From NCBI RefSeq assembly GCF_006345805.1, contig NC_043011.1:9920001-9984000 (forward strand): a stretch of DNA of 64,000 bases. Direction: 5' to 3'. A model generated the notes under the pieces. The model was given only the letters and a program-made list of their open reading frames with translations. It was not told the DNA's origin and did no database searches. Shown here one piece after another: positions 12,774 to 25,259 of the stretch. Numbering within the stretch: the stretch's first letter is position 1; each line of letters opens with the position of its first letter. Origin of the DNA: Octopus sinensis. Lineage: Eukaryota. The position numbers and the translations under genes were made by a program.

Positions 12774-12928
12774 GTGTTTTTGGTAGTTTTGCTGTTGTTG
12801 TTGTCGTCACAGTGAGTTGATCACTAATTCCTACAATTCTGTTTCTGCTATTGTTATTATGTATGTTTGTGTGTGTGGTAGAATGCATGTATATATGTGC
12901 ATAGATGTGTTGTTAGAGTGTATATATA

Positions 12929-14187
12929 TGTGGTCTGATCAATAAGTATCCGGACTGTTGCCATAGTAATGAAGCTAAAGCACACAAAGTGAAGCTGCTT
13001 GACAAAGATTGACCTTGAACTCTGCTGTGCACGTGCACTAAGTTTTAACATTGTAGCTCACTTCCATTGTTTACAGCAATGCTTGGAAGGAAGGTGTGCA
13101 GCATGTGATCGTTGCTTTGATCATGACAGAGAGAGAGAGTTGAGCAGAGAATCTGCATCAAATTTTGCCAAAAGCTTAGCAATACCTGCTCAGAGGCCTA
13201 AGTAAAGTTGCAGAAAGTGTAGTGTATGGAGGGGAGTGTATGAGCCACACACAAGTGATTCAGACGTTTCCAAGATGGCTCAAAAAATGTCCAAAGTGAC
13301 AAACATTCTGGGAGACCCACTACCAGCAGAACTGAGAAAAACATCTCACATGTGCATGCAGCTGTGAGGGAAAATTGTCGAATCCCCATCTGTGAGTTAT
13401 CAGATATGCAGATTAGTTACAGTTCAGTTCAGACCATTATCACTGAAGATTTGGGGAAGAGACACATGTCTGCCAAGTTTGTGCCAAAATTGTTTTCAGT
13501 TGACCAAAATGACACTTGGGTTTCAGTTGCACAAGATTTCCTTGATTGTGTCGAGAATAATGAAAATTTTTTGAAAAAGATCATAACGGGTGGTGAATCA
13601 TGAGTTTATGATCTCGAAGCAAAGGATCAGTTTTCGCAGTGGAAGTCCCCAACCTCTCAGAGACTGAAGCAATGTGAAGACACTGTTGACCGTTTCCTTC
13701 AACTGCAAGGGGATTGTTCATCATGAGTATGCTCCAGCTGGTCAGGCAGTAAACAAGGAGTACTACCGTGACGTTTTGCGGCATTTGTGGGATGCATCTG
13801 GTGAGTGGCAATTGCACTACGACGATGCACCTGCCCATTCAGTGCAGCTTGTGCAGCAGTTTTTGGCTAGACACAGCATTCCCCAGATCTGGCAGACACC
13901 ATACTCCCCAGATCTCAGCCTTTGCAACATTTTCCTCTTTCCAAAAATCGAATCCTGCTTGAAAACAAGATTTCAGGATGTCCAGGAAACCAAAGTAAAT
14001 GCAACAAGGCAGCTGCTGATTATCCCAGAAAACGAGTTCCAGGAATGCTTCCATCAATGGAAACAGCACTGAATTAAGTGTACGGCTTCTGAAGGGGACT
14101 ACTTTGAAGGAGGTTAAATGCCAAATTGGTACACATTGTGGGTTTGATTTTATAGCCCGAGTCCGGATACTTATTGATCAGACCTCT
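12929..14187 (+). mobile_element. mariner DNA transposon, near full length, transposase pseudogene
   Basis: TIRs GGTCTGATCAATAAGTATCCGGACT at both ends flanked by TA. Remnants SAKFVPKL, KKIITGGES, WQLHYDDAPAH, TPYSPDLSLCNIFLFPK with stops and frameshifts. Confidence 0.93.
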
Positions 14188-17100
14188 TATTTATGTTAGA
14201 GTGTGTATGTGTGTGTGCATGTCAGTGTGTGTGCATGTGTGCATGTGTGTGTGTGTGTGTAAGAGTGTATATATTTGTGTGTGTATCTGTCATACACAAA
14301 CATGCGCATGTGTGCACACACTTAAACACATTCACATTGTATTTTACCACTGATGTTGTCCTTGTGCCAAATAATAAAATAATTATTATTATTTAAAAGA
14401 ATGTAAGTGATGTAGAATAGATTAGAGAATTCTAGAACTGATTCTCAATTTAGGAGTGAAATGTTTTCTGAATTTGGCACAGTCCATTCTGTGAACAGTG
14501 TTCCAATACCAGTAATATACAGAAGAGTTAAGGATATTGTATTTATTAAACAAATCCATCTTCATCCTCATCTGAATATTTGTTTGTTAGGTTATAGCAA
14601 AAGAACCACCTCTACCATTTCTAGCCATATTTTCTTCTTGACTCACTCCATCGCCAATCACTGCCATTATCTACATTACTATTGCAACATGTAGATGTCC
14701 TCCATGTTGATGTCATTGTAATTCTCTACAACATATAAGTGTCCTCCATGTTGGAAGGTTCCATCATGTACCAATGCCAGCTTTTGACATGGTTTTTATG
14801 GTTGGTTGATGCCTTTTCTAACATCGAAACCACTTTACAGAGTGGACTGGGCACTTCTTTTGTGAGAGCAGCACTTGTGAGGGAGAGTCGTAATTTGCAA
14901 GCTTAGAGAGCTCACTTAACTGAGTGAGGAACAGTAAAGAGCCCATTGAGTGAGAGTGTGGTTTTATTTTCAGAGATGAGAGGTTAAAGTATGATAGAAA
15001 GAAGAGAGACAGCAAAGAGCCCACTCGACGGACTGAGAGTGTGATTGGAGATGGTTGGAGAGGTTAAAAAATCGTAAGATGATGATGAGTGGGTAAAGGG
15101 GAGGTAAGAGACATGGAGATGGTGAGAGGGAGATAAAGGTGGGTCGACAGGAGAAGGTTGAGGAAAGGAGGAGGGTAGCACAGGGGAATTGAAAATACAC
15201 ACACACACACACACACGCACATATAGAGGAAACAGGCTGCCTTTCAAAAGAGACAACTAGGTTTGAGCTTAATCTATTTCCATTGAAGATTCTTCACGTT
15301 TCTTCATTATTTCAGAGACATTCAGTGACATTCTTAAAATCATGTCAATGTGTGTGTGCATGTGTCCGTGTATGTGTAAACAAACACATACACACTCACA
15401 AACAGGCACACATTCATATAAGTAACGAGAAGAGGTTAATACAAGAGAGCATCCAAGAATGTGTTTCTCCCTGCAAAACAACTGATATTTCTTCAACCGA
15501 CTGAGATCAACCAACTCCAAGGAATGGAATCAGATTCATTTCATACTAATTGGGTGGTGGAGTTGATAGAATTGGACTTTTATCAAAGGTTATTGCAGTC
15601 ACGTCAACAGCCTGAAGCAGAGAGTTCTGTGCTAAGATTTCTTCAGATATAACCAAGTTCTGTGAATTCCCTGCAGACATCAGCGTTCAAGGTGTCAAAG
15701 TTAAAACTCTATAATGAAATACAAGTTGTGCTAATGGAATTAAAAATAAAATTATTATATTTAGTAAATAGTTCGGCTGAAATGATTTGTCAAGGGGAAT
15801 AGAGTGGGGAGTGTGGGGGTGGGTAGGAGACAGTTTGAAACCGAATTTGAAATGCAGGGCAGAAATATATTGCCAAAAATATTGTTGATAGGTATTTATT
15901 GTGTGTGTGTATATATAGATATATATAGAGATAGATATATAAATGATGTTGTTGTATTATATATATATATATATATATATATGGAAGTGTATTGATGAAA
16001 CATAATGTCTATAAATTTATTGAAATTTATATAGCAAAATACATTTTGAAATATCAAAAGGAAAGGTGGAATGCTATAAAGTTAATAAATATCTCAGAAT
16101 GGTGCTATAAAGAATTGTTGTGACTCGTTGTAATAGGTTATGGACATTGTGTGTGTGTGTGTGTGTAGTCTAGCCTGGAGTGAAACTCGTAGACTGTCAA
16201 CTCTGGATATAATAAGCACATCTATTCGTTTCAACCATCCTTTGAGGTTTGAATTGCGTAATGTTTGCACAGGGTAAAATATATTTTTATTATACTTTAC
16301 AACACTTACAGTATGTGTGTGTGTGTGTGTGACTTCTGTTTTTTAAACTATTATAAATCTTCCAACAAAGACACAAGACTGTGCTTTGTGTCAATTTTAT
16401 TGTTTTCAAGCTTCCGGGCATAATACCCATGCCTAGTTTTTTGTTTTTTCTTTTGTATACTGAGTGCTTGCCATCCAGCTCTTCTCTGAGGTAAGAGAGC
16501 CCAGCTCTTTTGAGGCTGTATAGGAGATCATCAGGAAGAGAGTACTTCTTAAAGAGCTCACTGCCAACTTGTACAATGTTGCTCACTTCACTTTTCAGCA
16601 CTGCATTTTTATATTTATTTTGTGTATGTATCTTCAGAGAGTTCAAGCTGGTTACTAACAATGCGACAAGACTTTTGAGTTAAGAGGATTCCCAGTGTTT
16701 GTCAGTATGTGGTTGAGTTGATGGAACTCTCCATGCATAGATCCAAGCATGTGCCTCTATTCAGATAAGAATCTCAAATGGAGAAATTTCTGGATTGTCT
16801 TACAGATAGTCATTGTGCAACAAATAGATTGCATCTGGAGAATCTTCATCAGTTACTTTTGCTCTTTGGAGTATTTCTAGAATTTGTGCAAATTTGTTGG
16901 TACATAACATAATGCACTTATAACGATGGCTACAAATGAGAATTCATAGCCATGATACAAGAGCTGAAAGTTCCACATTGATTTGCTAGAAATGTTCTCT
17001 TTTTTTGGGGGGGGGGACTTTTGATCGTACATTTACATGAATCTACTAAACTAGAGGACATTTTGTTTACAGTAATCATAAATACATGTACTATTACTCA

Positions 17101-18011
17101 AACAGTGCCGCTGTGAAAACCTACAGAAACACATACACATCTACATTAATGTATGGCACAATACACACACACACACATATACACAATCAACTTTTGTGTA
17201 GTTTTTGTCCTCAGAACCAGCATCACCATAGAGATCTCAACAGACCATATAATGCCAAATAACCTCAGCTCTCACCGCTTTCCAGTAATAGCATTGAAAG
17301 TATTTATAAGTTCATTTGTTATCTTCAATGTATGTTACTGTGACCCTTGCATGTTTTCTTTCCAAATGTAGGATTAGACTATTGGTAAGTGTGTGGCACA
17401 CAAACTCAGCTTATCTCTTTACCCTATCCTCAATTTTTAAACCAAGGCATACTATGCCATCTGTCCATCCTCTTATAATGTAGAGCTCACACAGAAATCC
17501 TTTATGGCTTAGGCATATATTTGTATGACAGCTTGAGGTAAAGATGCACTCATTCCTGTAACACAGAACTGCCATGCCATCTTTTATCTAAAAACCCTGC
17601 TAGTTCATCTATAGCAGAATCTTTTACTAACAGAAGAGGCTAGATTTAAATTGTTATCAATAAAATATAGAATGGATCTTCTTTGGAGTAAACCAGTGTA
17701 TGTTTATGATTGTTACCAGCATTGTTATTCCTATTGAAAGCTTTACCAAAACAATTCTCACAAAACATCACATTTTGTCTCAAAATATTTGTGCTCCAAT
17801 ACATGATATTTTTGTGTATTGTTTTATATTCTTTTGTAGTGAAGTTCAAATTTTTCTTGTGGAAACTTGGTTTCTTGTCAATATTTTGTGCCTGAATGTA
17901 AGCATACGAAACGTATTTGAACTCAAAACATAAAGAACGTGAAGAAATGCTGCAAGATATTTTCTCCAACATCAATATCTCAGCCAGTGATAATAATAAA
18001 AATCCTTTCTA

Positions 18012-18375
18012 TTATAGGCACAAGGCCAGAATTTATGTTTTTTTTTAGTGGGAGTAGTCTTACATTGAGCCCTGTGCCCAACTGGTACTTATCTCATCAA
18101 CCCTGAAAGGGTGAAGGCAAAGTGAATCTCAACAGAATTTGAACTCAGAACATAAAGTTGGACAAAATGCCACTAAGCTAACAGTTCTGCTAGCTCTCTT
18201 CTCTTCTACCGATAATAAAGTTGGCTTTGAATTTAAGCACAAGGTCAGCAACTTTGAAGGAAGCAGATTCTTGACTGCCACCTTATTCTATTGATCCCAG
18301 ACAGATGAAGAGCAAAGTTGATCTTAGCAGGATTTGAACTCAAAATGTAAAGAATCAACAAATACAGCAATTATT
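18012..18375 (-). mobile_element. Two degenerate copies of the second SINE family
   Basis: CTGGTACTTAT...GGCAAAGTGAATCTC...ATTTGAACTCAGAAC pattern occurs twice, reverse-complementary to 32354-32570. Confidence 0.65.
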
Positions 18376-18906
18376 CCAACACACTAATGGTTCTATAAAT
18401 AATAAGAACAACAACAACGACGATGATGATGATGGTGATAGTTCTTAGAAAACGGAAAAGTAGATGATATTGATAATAATCTTTGAGACAAACTGCATTA
18501 AGAAACAGGAAATGCATGGAACGTAGGGAGTATGGTTTTAGTATTCTGCTATGAAAAATACTAATACCCTTGCTTTAGCTGATGCCAACTTGTCTAAAAT
18601 TTGGTAAAATATTAAGATGAGGCTGTTTATTCCTCAATGAACGCCAATCTAAAAACTGACATAATTTCATTGCAGAAAATTTGGCAAACTAAGAGAATAG
18701 TGATTCCTTGTGAGACAGACTTTCGGTCGAGCTAAACAACAATTGGCAAGAATCAATATCAAAGAATGGAGGTATTCCATTAAAAGTACATGAAAATAAG
18801 GCAGGAGATAATTACAGAGGAAGATTTATAGAAGAAAAACTTTAAGTGAAGCAGATAAGATGCACTGGCAGAAAACAGGCAGTCAAGTTTCATGTACGTT
18901 AACTAT

Positions 18907-18957
<51 letters not shown>

Positions 18958-19299
18958 TAATTATGTGTTTGTGTGCATGTGTGTGTAAATATTACACTTG
19001 CATAAGTACTCATATTGTGTGTGTACACATACACATACACTAATAGATATATATGTTATATATTTACATTAGATGTATTAGATGTCTTTTACAGATACTG
19101 TATATATATATATATATATATACATACATATATATATATATATATATACCATATGTATTATGTGTGTATACACATACACACACATGCTGTACCTTTTACA
19201 TAACATATGTTGCATGTGTGTATTTCTATTTAATTCGAACTTTCATAAGATTACTTTTCAAAAAAAATGGGGAAACAGCAAATAAATTTGTAATTTGTT

Positions 19300-19440
19300 G
19301 GCAAAAGTGGTTAGGAAACTGGTCAACCAAATGGTTTCGGGTTCAGTCCCTCTCTGCAGCATCTTCACTAAGTGTCTTCTATTATAGTTCCAAGCTTTGT
19401 GAATGAATTTCATAGATGGAAACTGTATGGAAGCCATTCA
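19300..19440 (+). mobile_element. tRNA-derived SINE 5' part (same family as 379-787)
   Basis: GGGTTCAGTCCC B-box-like motif, AAGTGTCTTCTATTATAG, AAAGCTTTGTGAATGAATTT...GGAAACTG. Confidence 0.65.
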
Positions 19441-19458
19441 TATATATATAGATATATA

Positions 19459-20655
19459 CATCATCAGCATCACCACCATCATTATTGCTTAACGTCCCTT
19501 TTCCATGCTGGCATGGGTTGGACGGTTTGACAGGAACTGGTAAGGCCAGGTGCTACATCAGGTTCCATAATCTGTTTTCGCTTGGTTTCTGTGGCTGGAT
19601 GCCCTTCCTAACACCAACCATTCCACAGAGTGCACTGGGTGCCTTTTACGTGGTGCCATCACCAATGCTCTTTAAGTGGCACCTTGGTTTTAGGATCTCA
19701 GTTCTGTTGTGGTGAGCAGGTCGTCTCAAGCACAGCAATACACCACATATCACAGCCCCCTGTCATTTTTGTAAGGTTCAGCATTTTGAGACCAGCCTTC
19801 ACTACTTCATCCCATGTCTTCCTGGGTCTCCCTCTTCCACAAGTTCCATCCACTTTAAGTGACTGGCACTTCTTTATGCATCTGTCCTCTTCCATCCACA
19901 TCATATGACCAAGCCAGTAGTCTCCTCTCTTCCACACTGCATCCAATTCCTCTTGTGCCCAACTTCTCTCTCAATATACCAATGCTCTGTTGCACATCTA
20001 GCAGAGCATACCAGCTTCATTCCTTTCCAACATTCGCATGTCCTCTGTATTAAAGGCCCATATCTCACTACCATACATCATCACAGTTCATACGCATGCA
20101 TCATACAATCTTCTCTTCACTCAGAAAGAGACCTTTGGTTACCAACAGAGGTAAAAGCTCTCTGAACTTTCTCCATCCTATTCTTATTTCTAGCAATTAC
20201 ACTCTCTGTACAACCTCCTCTGTTAATTAGGGCTCCTAGGTTGAAAACATTTATCTACAACTTCCAGAGAGCCACCAGGAAAATTCAAAAAATCAGTTTC
20301 CCATGCATCTGTGGTCTTTATGGCCCCTGTACATCTTCCACATACAAACGCTACTTTCTCTGTTAACCTTCCTTATTCCACAGCACCTCTTGTGTGTCCA
20401 TAGCTTGCATTGGGTACACTGAATGGAATTTCTGCTCACACCCTTCCTACATATGAAGCAGGGCCATTTACCTGATGGGTGAAGGGTCCTATCCAATTTC
20501 TTGCTTACAAGGACCTTGGTCTTTGCTAAGTCTACTTTAAGACACTTTGATTCCAGGTTCTGTTTCCACACTTGGAATTTCTTTTCTCATTCTGTTCCTA
20601 ATTAATTAGAATATAATTCTCTCTACAGCTTTCATCACCTGCTCCAACAATTTGA
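19459..20655 (-). mobile_element. RTE-clade LINE, 5'-truncated and degenerate, with 3' tail
   Basis: Minus-strand ORFs WLGHMMWMEEDRCIKKCQSLKVDGTCGRGRPRKTWDEVV and WKQNLESKCLKVDLAKTKVLV...GKWPCFICRKGVSRNSIQCTQCKLWTHKRC. Confidence 0.9.
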
Positions 20656-20690
20656 TGCTTCTATAGATACTTATATATATATATTTATAT

Positions 20691-20996
20691 ATATTTTTAC
20701 ATACAAAATTTAAAGGACTGCCCACTAAAAGTGGACGGTCAACATGCTAGATATAGACGTCAAGTCTCTATTTTCCACAATGAATATGTTCTCAAATAAA
20801 AATCCAGCACGGACCAAAGCATTAAAAATAAGCAAGACAAATGAAAATATACGAAATAAAAATGATTACCCATGTACCGATCAGTTTCGATTGTTATTAT
20901 CCACGCATGTGGATACCCGCAATCTCCTCAGCATAGTCTGTCATATAGAAATACAATTTGCAGGACTAGATACAAAACGTTTGTATGTAAAAATAT
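20691..20996 (-). mobile_element. Non-autonomous hammerhead-bearing element bounded by a 17-bp inverted repeat (probably PLE-derived)
   Basis: ATATTTTTACATACAAA (20691-20707) is the exact reverse complement of 20980-20996. It contains the hammerhead below and no credible ORF. Confidence 0.6.
20870..20936 (-). ncRNA. Type I hammerhead ribozyme, canonical core
   Basis: Minus strand: CUAUG-CUGAGGA-GAUUG...CAAUC-GAAA-C-UGAUCG-GUA-CAUGG. Stems I (5 bp, 1 GU) and II (5 bp) are intact; stem III is the near-palindrome ACUGAUCGGU. Confidence 0.8.
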
Positions 20997-21164
20997 TTTA
21001 ATCTTCGGATTTTTTAATATGCTAGGCCGCTGGTTTTAATTGATTAATATCAATTTCTACCCTTATTTTATTTTACATTTATATTTATATATGTATATAT
21101 ATTATCAGAGTGATAACTCACTCTGATATTTATCATTATATATATATATATATATATATATATA

Positions 21165-22492
21165 CAAGGGAAAGTAAAAAATTATCCGCACTTTCCCCAT
21201 GACATATCTTTATTATTGTCACACTGCCTCCTGCATATGTGAGCTCATATTTGGTACTATTGTGGTCATGTGATCGAAGATTGAGCCTCATTGCACCATT
21301 TTTCTTTCTGGCTTTACGGTGTAAGCATGGCCGTTCTCCTAGCAATGTGCACCATAGAAGAACAAAGAGCAGGGATCTGATTTCTCTGATCGGAAGGTGT
21401 GTCAGGTGCTGCAATTCATTGGAGGCTTTTTAGCACAAAATGGTGACAGTTGCACTACCGTGTAGAAGTAGGCATGGTTGGATTGAGAAGTTTAAAAGTA
21501 GCTGGAGAAGGATGATGCACGAAGGGAGAGTACGATGCCCGTCAACCTCCACCACTGATGATAAGATTCAATAAGCTCAAGAGATGGTAATGGTGAACTT
21601 GTGAGTCACCATCGATGAGGTTGCTCATTCTCTGCAGATTAGTGATGGTTCTGCCTACCAAATCATCCATGATAAGCTTAGCTTCCACACAATCTGTGCA
21701 AGATGGGTGCCAAGAGAGCTTACTGCAGAGCACAAGCACAAACATCTGCAGGTCTGCCAACGTTTGCTCAATCACTACAACAACGAGGAATTTTTGAGCA
21801 GAATAGTCACAGGAGATGAAACGTGGGTCCATCATTATGAGGCAGAATCCAAAAGACAATGTATGGAGTGGAAACACCCTGGCTCACCAGCGAAGAAGAA
21901 ATTCAAGACCCAGTCTTCCATGGAAAGGTGATGCTAACCCTTTTCTGGGACTCAAAAGGGCCTATACTGGAAGACTACCTGGAAAAGGGGTGTACGATCA
22001 CCAGTGCAAGACAGTGCTCTGCTGGCCAACAAACGGAAGCCAGCAGTTTGCACCAAACACCCCAAAGCCTGTTGCCGAAGAAAGTTTTGTTGCTGCATGA
22101 CAATGTACACCCACACACAGCCACTCCGATCGTTAAAATCATTAACCAATCAGGTTTCAAGGTGCTGCAACACCCTGCCTACAGCCCAGATCCTGCCCCT
22201 TCAAACTATCCTATCTTTGGACTGCTCAAACATTGTTTATGAGGTCGTTGATTTCCTACAGATGAAGATGTGAAGGAAGTGGTGCATAAATGGTTGCACA
22301 ACCAACGGAAAACCTTCTTCTTGGAGGGAATACGCAAGTTGGGGGCCGCTGGACCAAGTGCATCGAAACAGAGGGATGTAGAAAAATGATGTACTTGCTT
22401 ATCCTTTGCTTGTGCTAGCACAGAAAATGGACGTTAAACAATGATGATGACATAGAAAAAACAAGAGTGCATATAATTCTTGACTCCCCCTC
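21165..22492 (+). mobile_element. mariner DNA transposon (second family), transposase pseudogene
   Basis: Degenerate TIRs (CAAGGGAAAGTAAAAAATTATCCGCACT / AGTGCATATAATTCTTGACTCCCCCTC). Motifs IVTGDETWVHHY, GKVMLTLFWD, LLHDNVHPH, PAYSPDPAPSNY. Confidence 0.92.
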
Positions 22493-23815
22493 ATCATCAT
22501 CATCATCATCATCATCATTTAACGTCCGCTTTCCATGCTAGCATGGGTTGGACGGTTCAACTGGGGTCTGGGGAGCCCGAAAGCTGCACCAGTCCAGTCA
22601 GATCTGGCAGTGTTTCTACAGCTGGATGCCCTTCCTAACGCCAACCACTCCGAGAGTGTAGTGGGTGATTTTATGTGCCACCGACACAGGTGCCAGACGA
22701 GGCTGGCAAACGGCCACGCTCGGATGGTGTTTTTTATGTGCCACCGACACAGGTGCCAGACGAGGCTGGCAGACGGCCACACTCGGATGGTGTTTTTATG
22801 TGCCACCGACACAGGTGCCAGATGAGGCTGGCAAACGGCCATGATCGGATGGTGTTTGTTACGTGCCCACAGCACGGAGGCCAGTCGATGCGGTACTGGC
22901 TACGGCCACGTTCGGATGGTTTTCTTGTGTGCCACGTTCCACCGGCACTGGTACCACAAAGATACAAATTCCATTGATGTTCATCTATTTTGATTTGTTT
23001 TGATTTTCACTTGCCTCAACAGGTCTTCACAAGTGTCACAAGAAGGAAGGTATGCACAGGTGGACTGACTACGTCCCAGGTAGGGGCCACAGGTTATGGC
23101 CTGACTAGTCTTGCCGGGTCTTCGGATGGTGTTTTTTATGTGCCACCGACACAGGTGCCAGATGAGGCTGGCGAACGGCCACGATCGGATGGTGTTTGTT
23201 ACGTGCCCACAGCACGGAGGCCAGTCGGTGCGGTACTGGCTACGGCCACGTTCGGATGGTTTTCTTGTGTGCCACCGGCACTGGTACCACAAAGATACAA
23301 TTCCATTAATGTTCATCTATTTTGATTTGTTTTGATTTGATTTGATTTGATTTGTTTTGATTTCATTTTGATTTTCACTTGCCTCAACAGGCCTTCACAA
23401 GTATCACAAGGAGGAAGGTATGCACAGATGGACTGACTATGTCCCAGGTAGGGGCCATGGGATATGGCCTGACTAGTCTTGCCGGGTCTTCGGATGGTGT
23501 TTTTGTGTGCCACCGACACAGGTGCTAGATGAGGCTGGCGAACGGCCACGATCGGATGGTGTTTGTTATGTGCCCACAGCACGATGGCCAGTCAATGCGG
23601 TACTGACTACGGCCACGTTCGGATGGATTTCTTGTGTGCCACAGGCACTGGTACCACAAAGATACAAATTCCATTGATGTTCATCTATTTTGATTTGATT
23701 TTCACTTGCCTCAACAGGTCTTCACAAGTGTCACAAGAAGGAAGGTATGCACAGGTGGACTGACTAGTCTTGCCGGGTCTTCGGAAGGTGTTTTTATGTG
23801 CCACTGACACAGGTG
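22493..23815 (-). repeat. RTE 3' end expanded into tandem units (about 60-bp subrepeats plus about three 290-370-bp units)
   Basis: (CAT)n tail at the left. Junction GACTAGTCTTGCCGGGTCTTCGGA recurs at about 23103, 23471 and 23762. Units are homologous to the RTE 3' region 29780-30150. Confidence 0.9.
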
Positions 23816-23938
23816 ATATATAAAATACAAAATGGGACAAGAACGCAAAACATCCGGACAACTAGGTGATACAAAAAGGGACAACAAAACATCCGTCCAG
23901 ATGTTTTGCGTTCTTGTCACATTTTGTATTTTATATAT
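23816..23938. repeat. Fold-back inverted repeat (44-bp arms, 35-bp spacer)
   Basis: 23816-23859 versus the reverse complement of 23895-23938 differs at 2 positions. Confidence 0.9.
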
Positions 23939-23944
23939 ATATAT

Positions 23945-24000
<56 letters not shown>

Positions 24001-24134
24001 TTCTATGTCTAGTTATATTTGTAATATATTATGTATAATGTCATTGCTGTTGTGTAATGGTTTAATAAAGTATTGAGTGGGTATTATCTGATGGTTGATG
24101 ATTGATTTAGGTATATTTCTCCATTTTCTCATTT

Positions 24135-24179
<45 letters not shown>

Positions 24180-25212
24180 ATATAGCAGCATACGTACACT
24201 TGTTCTCTTATATATATAGTAATTTCTCTTTTTCAGTCCCAGAACATTTGTCCTAACTACACTACACCAATAATCCTTAATCCAGTCTCTCTTCCCTCTT
24301 CTCCCTATTTCTTTCTCTTGTCCCTTCATACATAACTTGTAGGGACCTCATGAGCTATTCATGTGCCCCTAGTTTCACTAATGACCACCATATCCCATTG
24401 CAGGAACTCCTTCTCCACGCCGACAAACACTAAGCAATGGGCTTCATTCCTAACCATTGTGATTCTCTTGAAGAGAGAATATGACATGAATGGTGCGTTT
24501 CCCTGGGCCAAAGCCAAACTTCATTCAAAAGAATCCTGCCGTGAATCAGTTTCCAAACAACTCTTTCTCTTTCTTTCCTCACCTTCTCCAACAGCCCCAT
24601 GCTGCACTCGGTTCCTTTACAGGAGTGTGTGTGTGTGTGAGTGTATGTGTGTGTGTGTGTGAGTGTATAATACGGATATATATAAAATATACATCCACAC
24701 ATAATATTGTGGAGTTATGTCAAAATAAACGTACACAGACATCTATGCATGAAAGGCCTATATCTATGCACGTGTGTATATGTTGTTCTCTACATGAACA
24801 CATGGACAGACACACATATATAACAAGAAGAGAGATTATATTGAGAGAAGAGAGAATTGTATGAACTAGATGAGGAGAAGGAGAAAAAATGGTGGATAAT
24901 AAGATGTAGTCAAGTCAGAAGAACAGCAACAACAACGATGATGATGATGATGATAATTCAGAAATAATAGATAAAATTAGACAGAAAGTAAGACTTTTAT
25001 TCTTGGAATTGTGTTCAACATGAATATACGAAAATTTGAAGATAATGTCATCATCATCATCATTAACATGGTTATACATGCATTGACTGCATAAATATGC
25101 ACAGCAATGTAGGCCTTCAGTGTATGCACTGTCTGCACATGTGTACATGCAGTTAAGTGCATTTTTTTTGCTGCATTGATAGTGGCTTATGGAAAATGTG
25201 TGTGAGTATGCG

Positions 25213-25259
<47 letters not shown>

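Noticed and set aside
17646-17975. C2H2 zinc-finger-like string FCENCFGKAF...HKH
   Set aside because: Cys/His spacing does not fit C2H2, there is no TGEKP linker or tandem repetition, and no splice sites.
22660-23815. CRISPR-like repeat array
   Set aside because: The repeats are 60-370-bp tandem units of an RTE 3' end with no unique spacers; the context is eukaryotic and there are no cas genes.
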